DNA of 55,373 nt from Callorhinchus milii (Eukaryota). The position numbers were made by a program, and so were the translations under genes. Shown here piece by piece: positions 10,711 to 22,965 of this stretch. The notes under the pieces were generated by a model. That model was not told the DNA's origin. It made no database searches and was given only the letters and a program-made list of their open reading frames with translations. The stretch is taken from assembly GCF_018977255.1 (NCBI RefSeq), contig NW_024705308.1, positions 1 through 55,373 of the forward strand. Reading direction: 5' to 3'. Every line of letters begins with the position of its first letter. The stretch's first letter is position 1.

Positions 10711-13700
10711 AAACCTATGTCAGCGCTGATGGTCTAGCGTTTCTAAGCTCGGTCTTAAGAGTAGTTCTTTAGACCTAGGTTACTAAGAGTAGATGTGGAG
10801 ACAATCGTCACGAACGCAGTGTTATACCCATTACCGTAGATGACAGGCATCTCGACCGACAATACCACCATTTCTATCGCAAGTCGGCTTCGGGAATACA
10901 TCAAATCAGCTGTTTAGTGAATCGCTAAAAGTATAACTCGCTAGTAGGTTCTTCTCGTCGGATGAGAACCGTTCTGCTTGTTCAGATAGGACGAAAAAGC
11001 CTACACTCGAGTCGAGGTGAAACGCTACAACTGTTTTATCCTTGAGTCCAGCGTCCAAGAAGCCACCTCGGGAGAAAATCTGCTAAATTGTGAACTCTAA
11101 GAAGTGCCGATCTCCCGAGGTCTTTCTCCTTAGGAATCGGTTTGACTTGTGCCTGATGGCTGTACCGGTAGCAGGTAGGACAGGGGGTTTGATTCTCTAA
11201 AGGAAATCAATAGATGTTGTGGGATACCGTTAACGTTGCTACAACCGTATGTGGGTAACCGCCTGCTTCAACCGAGGGCGCGGCCGATTTCCGTCGCCTA
11301 GACTTGGTACGTATACGCCACCATGCCCTCCCTCCGGATCGCAGACCCAACCCTCCAGATAATAAAGGAGACACACTTGAGCTGGAGAATACAGGAACCA
11401 AGTGCGAGTAAGGGTATGGTGATGAATCCGACTGTTAGTCCGCAGTCGAACGGGGGGCCCGGCGACAAGCGCATATCTCGGCATTCGTTAGGACAACTAT
11501 TGTGTTCCTGCGCTTGCCGAGAGTTCCACTTGCACTGTGAACCTTGGCATATTCCATACCGTGCCGCGTTGACTAATGCCATGGACTTGACCTAGCTCAG
11601 GATGTATTAAACGTGCACTTTGTCGCTTTATGATCGTCAGGTAGGTTGACGTCTAGTGGAGAGTTGTCTCTGGTCGTTACTGGAGTCCAGTTGGTTCCTA
11701 ATTGCACTTTCCAGGAGAATCTGAAGAGAGTAATGTATGAACGGAGTTTATAGTTACTTAATAGCGCGATACTCGTTGAAAGCTGGTACTGGGTTTGAAT
11801 AGCCGTCCTTATCCGACTTGTGTTGTATCATCTGGCATTCAAGCGCTGACGTCAGAAACGATACTAGCTTGACTTGAACTATCTGCTACAGCACTTACAT
11901 GGTGGCTAAGCTAGGCCCCGGAATGGAGGAACCAGCCTGGTCGAGGGATATCTTTGTGGTCCCCTCGGCACGGCAAAATCTGAACTAAGTTTACCGCTGA
12001 CAAGCGATGTTACTACCTTCCGCAGTGTACATGTAAGATGTCTCGGCGCTTTTCAATAGGAGGATATCGCACACGCTATTCACAAAGTCCAAACCTGCAT
12101 CGTCTTTAGATTGAACTAAATCAGATCCAACTGCCTGGGTGACTTGGCAGCCCATTAGTTGGCCCGACACTTGCTCCAGTACGATTTTCCAGAGTGTAAG
12201 GGCCTCCAAGGAATGCAGCAGCTATGTATCATAACTAAGCTTTATTCGCCATAAAATCGCCAAAGCTTTAGAAGGCTTATGAAATGATGGCCTGCCCGCA
12301 GCTGGGGGACCTTGGTCTACGTAAAGATCCTCTCATATATAACACAGCACCCTCAATGAGCATGCCAAGCGATTAGGGTTGCTATATCCTTATATAATCT
12401 TTCTCGCCTTGGTAGACCTATTAATCAAGAATCGACAAGCAATGAAGATTTTCCTCCGGGTGAGTCCGCCCAACATGGAATGGAAGGTTCGAGCAGTGAG
12501 GGGGAGGGACTGTGTAACAACGGTGTCACTATGTGGTGGCCGTATTGATAGTAGTGCCCTCCCCCGCACTAGTAAAGTACGACACGGCAATTAAAGTTTC
12601 AAACTAGATAAAATGCTCTATCCAGGAAGTAATTCAAGTAAGCCTGTTAACTGCGGAGATGTGAGCGGGCGAGAATTAATATCGAACTCATACTTGGCTT
12701 TAACCGCTTTGGTTCACGCCAACGGGAGTAAGCACTAGTACCATCCAGCTCGTAGTGAGCTCGCCGTACACAAGTAGTAGTATACGGTACAGTGGAAGCG
12801 AGATCGCAAACCGATATTAAGTTCTAGGTCATTGGGCGGGTTATATCCCGATGTATATGGCCGATAAGACATGAGGCCCTCTCTGTCGGGAAGCCGTCGG
12901 AAAAGATTACAAACGATACTGCAATAGACTGAAAGATGCTCATGTTACAGGGCCTATTCTACCGGGGCATGCTTACGTAACGGAACTCCCAAGTGCGATT
13001 GTACATGCAATTCTTAATTAGAGGAGGGATTAAAAATACCGCTGGAAGGTCCTGAATAGGTGCGCGTTGCCCTCTGGCTGCTGAGCGTTATTTTGGGGGT
13101 CTTTACGTTACCTTTTATCGGGATCTATGCCCCGCAAACGCAGCTTCGGCTTCATGCCTTACTCCGGTCTACTGCCCCAGAATAGCGTCCTCCCTTACGC
13201 TATCGAAAAGGCTCACGGGCGTAATTAGTGTCAATTACCCTGCGTCTTAAAATAGAAAAAGTGTTTTATAGATCCCTTAACGAATAATTATCCGATACGG
13301 AAGCGGTATAAACAACGCGTGGATAATCCCAAGGCGGGCCGCGGACTCTAACGGTCTTTCTAGTGCTTGAAAACGGAGGGCATCAGTTGACACTGTTTGG
13401 GCAATCGAAACGTTCGGTGACAGAATTGGACGTGGGGCAATAGTGCACTGGACGGACATTCGCTCTAGTTCGATACAAAACATTGGGACACGTTAGGTGT
13501 GCAGCGATTTTACTGTCAAGAATCACTCGAATAGGAGTCAGGGCTGAGGTTGGTCACGTTAAGTATCTACCTAACAATATACTCGGAACTGGATAGATAA
13601 TGGTCAAGCCACATTCCTCTAGGGAGAGACACAGAAATCACTGAGGCAACAATATCAGCGTAGATGATCCCCGGCCGATGGTGAATGGTTGGAGAACAGT

Positions 13701-16700
13701 GTTCTACTGGTGACATCCGCAGAGTATTGAACACCACCACTTGGGAATTACTAAACACACCAGTCTTTGCCAATGACTTGGATGATAAGTTGTAGATCGA
13801 GTTCCTATGTGTGGGGTTCATCATCATAAGAGCCAACCGGTGGGGCGAAGGTCGAGCAAATGCGATGAACAGCTTGTTCCGGAGAAATCTTATTGGCAAC
13901 AGGACAGAATTGAACCGTTATCCTGCGGTGAATCTTTAAAGTGCGCATGGTTGATTGTGTTTGTAAGAAAAGTGTAAATAGGACCAGCGTTGCCTATTGT
14001 CTACTGTGCCCGAAGGGGTAGCGACCTTTTTGAGCTCATGGGCTTGGGCGCGTTCGTGACCGGCAAGGGTGGTACTGGCCGTAGACGGTCCAGCCTTGGG
14101 CGTCAACTTTGAGAGGTGCGCTCCTCCAAATCTCCGATGTGCTTTGATGCTACAAGGTCCGCGCTCGTTCGATCGCGAATTTCGAACAAATCCTGTCCTA
14201 TGTCATAAGAGTTTGGTCTCAGCACTATAGCCCTGGGTGTTGGCATATAGGGAAACTGTTGGGGGCTGAGACGTGTACCAATGCATTAGGTGTCGGACTA
14301 GAGACCACTCCGCTCTTATTGTCGTAGTTTAGTTATTCTTCACGTTTAGTAAAGATTACGGTCACGAGCAGGTTTATCCCTCAGGCAACCCAGGACCTTT
14401 GTCGTGTATACGTATTGATCTAAGTGGCCTCTCGGTCCCAGAAGCCCGCAGAGTTGGGGGACCCATCGAACACGAGAGGATGGGAGCGCCATGCCTGAAT
14501 CTAGACCCACCCAAGATAGCTCGCAGAAGCCGTGCAGGAACGAGAATAGTGTCGCTGATGTTTTTACGGGCCATTCCATATAGGTCTGAGGCACCCGATG
14601 CATATCGAGCGACACCTGCTAAGTCAGGGACGTGGGTCCGGTGAATAGGTTCAGGCCCATCAGTATCTTACATCAAATAGCTGGCTTCTAGTGAGGCGTT
14701 GCGCGGGTGTGCGTTCGGCCGGGCATGCGTCGCGGATCCTTATCTTGAGGCGTGGCCCTAGACTTACAAGAGGACACTCTCGTTAGAGACCGCGTTGACC
14801 TGTATGGAGTCTCGGCGCGAGTAATTATTTGGAGGAATCTATCAGGAAGTCAAGTACCTGGTAACTGTCCCCGGTTTGCACCCGACTTCTGCACATCGAG
14901 GGACAGCACCGGGGACTCAACTCTTCACGAGGCCCGGTGGGGGGTAGCGTCGCGTTAAGCGGAAACCAAGTGGTGATCTCCTTTCGATTTCAAAGCCGTA
15001 ATGACACCTGTTACCTGAATAAACTGCACTGCAAGCATGGTCGGGTGCGCGCAAAAAAAGCTTCGATTAGAATGCCAAGCACGCGCTCTCCCGCATGAAA
15101 TAGTCCCACCTTTTGGAACCCATGAGACGGGGTGTTATCACATTTTTCGGCCCTGTTTCCAAAAACTCCCAACGAGCCGGAGGGCGCCCGAGCTAGGACG
15201 GAGGTGAGATCACAGGGTGGGCTACTCGTGCATATTCAAAATCTACGCAACTGCCGTTCAAGAATCCGTCGCCCAGAGCCGATAAACGTTGCAAAGGAAC
15301 TGGGCAGGACGGGCCCGATACCTACTTTATATCAAGCCACATTATCGCAAAGTAGCAGAGCCGTCCTAATCGAACAAAGCTTGACACCGCTATTAAAAGC
15401 GTGGGTTTCTCACAACTGTGTACTGTATCGCCTCATATACTCCGCGCTTAGCGGAAATATTGTTACGTCAGTACATGCACGGAGCGAATATTGGTCTCGA
15501 GGCTCGGGGCTACTGCTTCGATTAAGTTGACGATGACATCGGCCATGGAAGAGGTTTAGTCTTTACAGGCGATTATCCTCATATAGTGCTCCTGGATATT
15601 GCGCAGGCGTTGCAGGGCATCGCGGCCTCAGAATCACGGCCGGGCATAGCTAGGATTCATGATGGTCGACTTTAAAGCGATATTTCGGGTTAAACCCGGA
15701 AGCCGGGATCGGTCTCCTTGCATTCTCTCATATGCCATTTGTTTGCGCCTACAGGGTGGGACCAAGTTTGTATTCATACGAAGTTGCCGGAGAGCCTTTC
15801 TGTCCCGGTCTTTCAGATTACGACGCTCAACGATCCTGTGTGGAAACCGCGGCTTTGCCGATAAACCCAAGAAATAGTGTGTACGAGGTCGTGAGGCATA
15901 GGCGACGGCCAGAGCGGCTGGCAGGAATGCGTTCGTCCTTCTGCCATCGTGCCTACGTGCGTTTGTTGAGGTCGGAATGCAGTAGTGGATGCTGTCCGTG
16001 GAGATTGGGTGGTATGCAACTTATACAACTTGGGCGGCCGCCGATCGCGCATTAACCTATCATTATCCATCGGGGCTAGACCGACTACCATTCGCCTCAC
16101 ACTATATTCGTTTAGCATACGCATGCCAGCTTGCGTTCGCGAACCCTTTTCCATATCTGAGCCCGTAGGGCGTCCTACTGTTCAAATTCAGTGAAGTGGC
16201 CGGCCTCTAGGTAGATAGCCAGGGCGTTCATAGTACTGTGTCCACAGCCGTCCGAGGATTCCCTGGTAATAAGGGAAATGCACAAAGACATGGTGGGGCA
16301 CGCGGGGCCCAGAGGTTGGGCTGAGCGATTACCACTTGCGCTTTGGTATTACCAGGCGTGACAGGCAAGTGTCCCATAAAGCGCGGCTCGGCCGGTGCGG
16401 CGTGGTCTGGCGACGAAAGGGTCCGTAACTTGTTTGCAGTCGTGAAGAGTTCCTGTAAGCTACATTCCTTGGTGAAAACCTACGCTATAAAAGGAGGTCT
16501 GTGAGATTATGATGCAAGGGAGCCAAATTTCTTGAGTGGACACAAGAGAAATGAGTATCCGCGAGCCGAAAAATCCCAAATATCGTCCCTTGACGCACAG
16601 AGAGAGCACATTAATGTTCGTCACACTACCCAGAACCGGGACGCTTTCTGAGGTCAAGTCTCTGGAAACGCTGGTGTATATCCAGTTACCAATCAGTCGT

Positions 16701-19700
16701 TCCTCTGCGCTTCTCGTCACTTGTAATCCCGAAAGATGGGGAGACTCGACTTTGCTGGGGCGGCACCAAACCAAGATGCTAAGAAGTGGCGGCTGGATCT
16801 CCTGTTCAACGGCTCATAGAGCCCGGTGAAAGAGCTACCCACTATTGCAGCGAACTACCATGCAGTTCCCTACGCCCTATTACATTGAGCGTAGCGTTCG
16901 ACGAGCTTTACCAGTCCTTAGTCTTCAAAATGTAAGTGTGGGCTATAGCTAAGATTAGTAGCATGGACCACTTAACAAGTATGCACAGCCATCTGTGAGG
17001 CAAGTTATCTCGTTTATTAGGACTTGCTGATTTATAACGTGGGCAATGAAAGCTATATAAAACGCACGGCCATTCTTTGGGTTGCTTCGGAAAGAAGTCG
17101 GATTTCTAGGTAAGCGGCACTTCCCCTTCTCAAGAATATAGTGAGTGCACCTTGATGCATTGCATAGGCTATAATAGAACGCAGACGATACGGCATCACA
17201 CCCAATATTCAGACCATAGCACCTAGGGGTGTCCTGGGGGTCCCGGTATACTCATGAAGAAGGAGACCACATCGCTTCTACGAGAAAAGTAAGGTATCAC
17301 TCAGAACTTGCTCAGTGTTCTCAAACTGGCAGCTGTTCCATGCTTATGAGAAGTGTATGATGAAGGATAAAGATGGGTGAAGCAGCGAGGTAGTGGTAGT
17401 ATGTGGTAGTCTCGGCTGGTGCCCGGAACGCAGTAGCTTGAACGGGGGAGCAATACGTGGCCAACAACTACTCAATACACCCATTCTATGCGTAGCTCGT
17501 CCCAAGTGTATACAGCTGGTAAGGAGGGAGTACACGACCTTAGCCTTCTCTTCCAATCTCGGGATAGATAAGCCTTTTAAAGTATTCCGAAGAACATAGT
17601 AAATGCCACGGAGCCACAAAGGTCTTAGCGTCGAAGTAAAGCTCCAGGGTAGATCAATATGTGAGCCGTGGTCGCCCCCCTCTCCGGGTCGGTGACGGTC
17701 AGTCGGACAATCGTCAGTAAAGTAACATGTTAGAATGTACCATTAACATCTAACCTGTGTAAGAATTGTATTGGCCAGGAATCATTGTTTATCTACTATC
17801 CGACGCGCTCATTTACGTTGTTATCCAGGTACGGCAGCGCTTGGAGCTAGTCAGTCCTTCAAGTCAGTAGGAAGACAAGCTTGCTGCCACCCTACGCTGT
17901 TTACTCCACGTTTCGCTAAGGGGAGAAGAGTGATTTGATTAACGTCTTAGATGACGACCGGTCACGGTAATTGGAGGCGTAGTCGTATCCTGCATTTTCC
18001 TCTATCCCCTAAGTCAGGATAAGTGACGCGTCCGATAAGTTGCGTCTGGTTAGGTGGGGATCCAATTTCTTCACAATCCGAGAATATTGGATCTAACAGT
18101 GCCACGCGCCTGACAGCCTGATTGAACGCATTAAGAGCCGGTTTCAAAATCTAGCGTCTGGTATACCAATGTGGACAAGCCTTAGTTCGAGACAGCTCTC
18201 AACTCAGGCGACGACGTAAATACACGGTACCACGTCTGCGCAGTGGAATTCGTGATGGCTTTTTCATGGGTTGTTTATGGTTTAGCTGCAGGAGGGATAT
18301 TGAACATTGCGCTAGGCCACAGTTGCCTCATGGGATATCATGAGAGCCTGTGGCACGTAGAACGTCGCGGGGAGACGTCAGACAATGACACTTCGTGAGA
18401 TGGCGTTTCAAAACAGAATACGGAACAGGAAGAATCGCTACGAAGACAACGGCAAAAGTCGTACGTGTATTCACATTCCGTAGGGGTTACGCATGATCGG
18501 AAGCCTAGTGCTTCGCGGACCATCACAGGCGTCGTTGTGGTCATCACGTTATCATGCAGTGTCTAACTTCACTACCCCGGAGCCCAGCACGTGCAAAAGA
18601 AACATTGCACAAGTCAGTTTCCCGTGGTCTTATAGGACCTTTAACGGATCGTGAATAGGAAAATGATATGGCGGAGCGTCTAAAGGGTAATACTCTCATC
18701 ACAAGAAATACCACTTCTGCAGGATAGACATAATTGTTCAATGCTGCCTAAGATGTCTATACGCAATCAATATTCTCGCGCCCTTCCCTGCCATGTATAT
18801 TCATCTGCTTAGTGCTGGAGACGTTGTACACTTCTACACTCCCTGAAGGGTCGGTCTTAACGTATAAACATTACCTTCACGGTGAGGAATTAGCATTCGG
18901 ACACACCTAAATGGCGCTCCGTCGAGTGTTGAAGTGCGTTAACGTATACATTGTGGGTGTTTCGCTGCTAATCCTCCACTTTTCTGGAACGTATTAATAG
19001 TCCCCAGGCGTCGCTGCCTGTGGAGTAAAGAAATTGTCATACAGTGGGAGGTGCCTGCCAAAAGCAGAATCCTAAGCCGACTATTGTGCGGCACCACAGG
19101 TTATATCCTATCCGTTGAGGTGGCCGCGGAGAGTGACCGATCCATCATAAGGCACATTGAGATGTGATCTATCACCACCCCCCTAGCAGGTCATCATTCT
19201 TATCATCGTAGTTGGATCAGGCGGGAACTCGCACGATACTTTATGCACGAACTGGAGATACGAATCGGGACATCAATGTGTAAATCCTGGCCAAGGGTAC
19301 CTATTTCTGTCTTCGCCGGGGAGCAGCCCTAGCAGCAGACGCACGAAACTGGCATCACTAGAGGCAGGTCGGGCTGCTCCACCAGCCCACCACCCTATGC
19401 CCCACTTTTATGTCGGTGTAAATAGATCACCCGGCTGGCGAGGGCCGGGGACGCACTCATTATTGAGTTGTAGAAGCATCAGCATGGTCCCAAACCCTTC
19501 GGCCGTTACTTTCACGCCCCTACGCTCAATCGATATGATAAAGAGATACACACCTACCCATACTTGCATCTTGGGTCCTTAGTGCTGACCGACAATAGGA
19601 AAGCTAGGTATTTTTTAGTAGTAAAACCGCACTTGTGCTGGCCGGCGAACCACTTTATCAAGGCAAACGGGACTCATCCATCCTGTCAGTAGGTAAACTA

Positions 19701-20449
19701 GACTAGCTGATGATGAGGACGTCTCGATTGTCGTGGGGGGACCACTAAAATGGTACGACTAGCACTTGCCCTAGCCAGACGGACGGCCGGCGACCATTTC
19801 TGCAGCAGATTGAAGACCCATACCCGTTCCATTTAATTTAATTGGTGTCTGCCCGCAGGGTGCTCGAGTTCGCAGTGGCGTCGTGACATTTTTTTCGAAC
19901 CCTGTCATACGGCCTATGAGCTGGTTTCGATTGTAGGGCAGTCGAACACGTTGCGATCATGATAAAATCACGGTACAGGGGAGGTTGTAATATTAATAAA
20001 AGGCGGCTACGTTTCTAATAACAGCGAACATAAGTAGATCGGCTAGTTAGGAGAGAGCTTCGCCTGCAGGCCGACGCCGGAGTTTCACACCGTGACGCGA
20101 TTACCCGCAATTGGATGACCGACAATGTGTCCAGCTTAAAATGCAACTTATTCGGTTAAGCGGGGGCAATCCTAATTATCTCACCATGGAGAATAGGCCA
20201 TCACGAGGGGAGCGCGTCTCTCCGTCTAGGGCGTTATACACATCGATGAAGTAAGTCGACGCTATCGATTCGAAGAATCGGTGACAGTTAAAGCGAGGCT
20301 AAGGTGAAAGGAGCCGATGTCTTACATTGATGATTGATAAGCCCACATGTGGTACCTCGTTTTTATATTCCTACCACGTCCCATTAACGAGCGAATTTCT
20401 TGCAAGGAACTTGATATTACGGCAGTCCGACGTTCACGCAGGTATAGTG
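10711..20449. other. Featureless, compositionally uniform block resembling random/shuffled sequence
   Basis: I see no repeats, microsatellites, long AT tracts or transposon fragments. CpG, TA and CTAG look undepleted by eye. The longest ORF is 132 aa with no recognisable motifs. The block begins right after the N gap. Confidence 0.75.
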
Positions 20450-20490
20450 ACAAGCTGAGATTAGGAGCACACTTTAAGAGTGTGCTCCTA
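20450..20490. mobile_element. Short Tc1 5'-UTR palindrome fragment
   Basis: acaagctgagattaggagcacactttaagagtgtgctccta matches 49797-49839 and 48470-48520. Confidence 0.7.
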
Positions 20491-21452
20491 GGAGACTGAC
20501 GTCATCGCACTGAACGGCACACCTGACGTCACGTCCCCATTTTACTCCTCTACACATATAATGAAATTTGATTTAAGTCTGACAACATTGATGTATCACA
20601 TCGTGATGTGAGTGAAAAGGAATAACACCATTGGGTTTCACAATAGCTTCGTGTCTCTCTGTATGCTGAACGTCTTTCACACCGTACGTAGTCAACCACG
20701 CTCATCGCCATGTGTTAGGCTACTAAATACGGGTAAACTCTGGTTATCGCGTCTCATTTGGGGATTGTTGAGTTTATCCACTTCTAATTTGGGGAAAGTG
20801 GCATTGCAACACCAAGCCTGACAGAGACGGCTAATTTATTGTCACGCACAGCGATGTCAGTGTACAAATTACTGCAAAAAAAACACGGTGATAGAGGAAC
20901 AGTGGCAACACAAGCCAACAATCTTGTCAGAATTATTAAATTGATTTACATGCGATAACAAGTACATGTTCAAAAACTTTGTGACGTGTAGGGGTTGGAA
21001 TTCAAGCAACTTTCAAGGTGACACTGCAATGCACATGCTAACAGACGATACAGTTGTTTAAAAATGAAACGTAATTTCAATACTCAAGCATGTTTTTACA
21101 TTTCGAATTTGTCTCAGAGGAAACATTCTATATCGCGACGGAATCCCGCACACACATTACTAGAATTGAGTAAAATTGCTTTAGAATTATTACGTACAGA
21201 ACACAATCATCCACACTCGTGCTTAAATGTGGAGTCACGGCCTTAGGGCTGAAAATAAGATTTCAGAGCTCACGGGAGTGAGGCCATTGTCTGAAAGGCA
21301 CGGCCATTTAGAGCCTCGGGGATTCTACCACTGGGCCTAGGGATTTTTTTCGATGTAAAGCTTTCGTGACTGCAGGGATTCATCTTCTTGGTTCTTTCAG
21401 TAAGTCACGTAGAAGGGAAGTAATAAAATAATAAAATAAAACATAATAAAAC

Positions 21453-21505
21453 AATTCTCACGACGTTTCGGCCACAACGCAAGCAGCCGTCCTCAGGTGA
21501 AAACC
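21453..21505 (-). ncRNA. Minimal type-I hammerhead ribozyme motif
   Basis: Minus strand reads GGTTTTCAC-CTGAGGA-C-GGCT..GGCC-GAAACGTC-GTGAGAATT. Core CUGAnGA and GAAA are present, with a GUC cleavage triplet; helices I and II pair. Confidence 0.8.
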
Positions 21506-21569
21506 AGGTCTGTTGGGGAGACAGCGTCTGAATGAAACAGCACACGTGACGCTGTCGCCTCAACAGACT

Positions 21570-21621
21570 AGTTTTCACCTGAGGACGGCTGCTTGCGTTT
21601 GGCCGAAACGTCGTGAGAATT
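21570..21621 (+). ncRNA. Minimal type-I hammerhead ribozyme motif
   Basis: AGTTTTCAC-CTGAGGA-C-GGCT GCTTGCGTTT GGCC-GAAACGTC^GTGAGAATT. Helix I has 9 bp (2 G-U), helix II has 4 bp, and helix III is the loopless palindrome ACGT. Confidence 0.8.
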
Positions 21622-22125
21622 GTTTTATTATTTTTATTTTTTATTATTCCCTTCTACGTGACTTTACCGAAAGAACCAAGAAGATAGGGGATTCTTGCGC
21701 GGTTTCTGCTCCGATGGCAGCCAACGGTATCGGCCCCGCTGAGGGTGATCCTACATCACTCCTTGAGGGGGACCCTTCGCCGTCTCTCTCTCTCTCTGGG
21801 TTCGGCGCTGCCGTCAGCTCGACGCGGAGCCTTCAACGGAACCCCACCACCGCCGGCGCGTCGATCGCCGTGCCCGGGGCTCTGCGCCCGTCAGCGGCGC
21901 CGGCTCCTCCGGCGGCCGTCGCCGGTTTTCCAGCGGCGTCCATAAAGTGTGGGAGGCGCTTCCTGGTCGGTGAGAGGAGACGCCTCTGCAGACGCCATGG
22001 GCGTCCGGACAGGCTCGACTGCCGTGGGAGTGGAGCGTGACCACCGCCGTAAGTTGGGCGACCCAGTCCGCCCCAGTTCGCCCGAGGCCTCCTCCTGCTC
22101 CTCCTCTCACGGCTCTCTCGGACCT

Positions 22126-22843
22126 GTGGGTGAGTGGGTGGGTGAGTGGATGAGTAATGGGTGGGTGAGTGGTTGAGTGAGTGGGTGAGTGAGTGGTTGA
22201 GTGGTGAGTAAGTGGGTGGGTGAGTGGTTGAGTGAGTGGGTGAGTAAGTAGGTGGGTGAGTGAGTGGGTGGGTAAGTAAGTGGTTGAGTGAGTGGGTGGG
22301 TGAGTGGTTGAGTGAGTGGTTCGGTGAGTGGGTGGGTGGTGAGAGGTGTGATGGTTGAGTGACTGAGTGGTTGAGGGAGTGGGTGAGTGGTTGAGTGGGT
22401 GGGTGAGTAAGTGGGGGGTGAGTGGGTTTGTGAGTGGGTGAGTGGGTGGTGAGTGGGTGGTTGAGTGAGTGGGTGACTGGTGAGTGAGTGGGTGATTGTG
22501 GGTGTGTGGGTGACTGGGTGGGTGATGGGTGATTGTGGGTGTGTGTGAGTGGGTGAGTGACTGGGTGAGAGAGTGAGTGGGTGGGTGATTGGGTGATTCT
22601 GGGTGATTGTGGGTGTGAGTGGGTGAGTGACTGGGTGAGGAGTGTGTGTGAGTGGGTGAGTGACTGGGTGAGTGTGTGTGTGATTGGGGTGTGTGAGTGG
22701 GTGAGTGACTGGGTGAGTGAGTGGGTGATTGTGGGTGTGTGAGTGGTGAGTGACTGGGTGAGTGTGTGTGTGTGATTGTGGGTGTGAGTGGGTGATTGTG
22801 GGTGTGAGGTGGTGTGAGTGGATGATTGTGGGTGGATGAGTGA
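22126..22843. repeat. G/T-rich simple repeat (GGGTGAGT)n
   Basis: Direct inspection. The His/Thr/Pro ORF on the minus strand is its translation. Confidence 0.9.
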
Positions 22844-22965
22844 ACCAGAAAATCGACCCCCTCCTACGGGGGAGGGCGTTCCGACGGCGTCTGCAGACCG
22901 CCTCTACCGGTGACGTCACCTGCACACTGGAACATCGGATCATGGCGTAAGGATTTGTACTATAC

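Larger units (their letters stand above)
21349..21685. mobile_element. Penelope-like pLTR fold-back element (inverted arms of ~140 bp, ~19-nt loop)
   Basis: 21382-21528 is the near reverse complement of 21548-21685. Each arm carries a hammerhead motif. Confidence 0.8.

Noticed and set aside
11207..19582. Short ORFs (60-132 aa) in the post-gap block
   Set aside because: Their lengths and composition match chance expectation, with no motifs or consistent strand.
19706..19735. CTGATGA-T-GAG..CTC hammerhead-like start
   Set aside because: It is followed by GATT rather than GAAA and has no helix I, so it is a chance match.
21690..22125. GC-rich ORFs (175 aa on +, 98 aa on -) as a gene
   Set aside because: No recognisable domain. 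The + ORF begins inside the pLTR repeat. An exon cannot be excluded but is unsupported.
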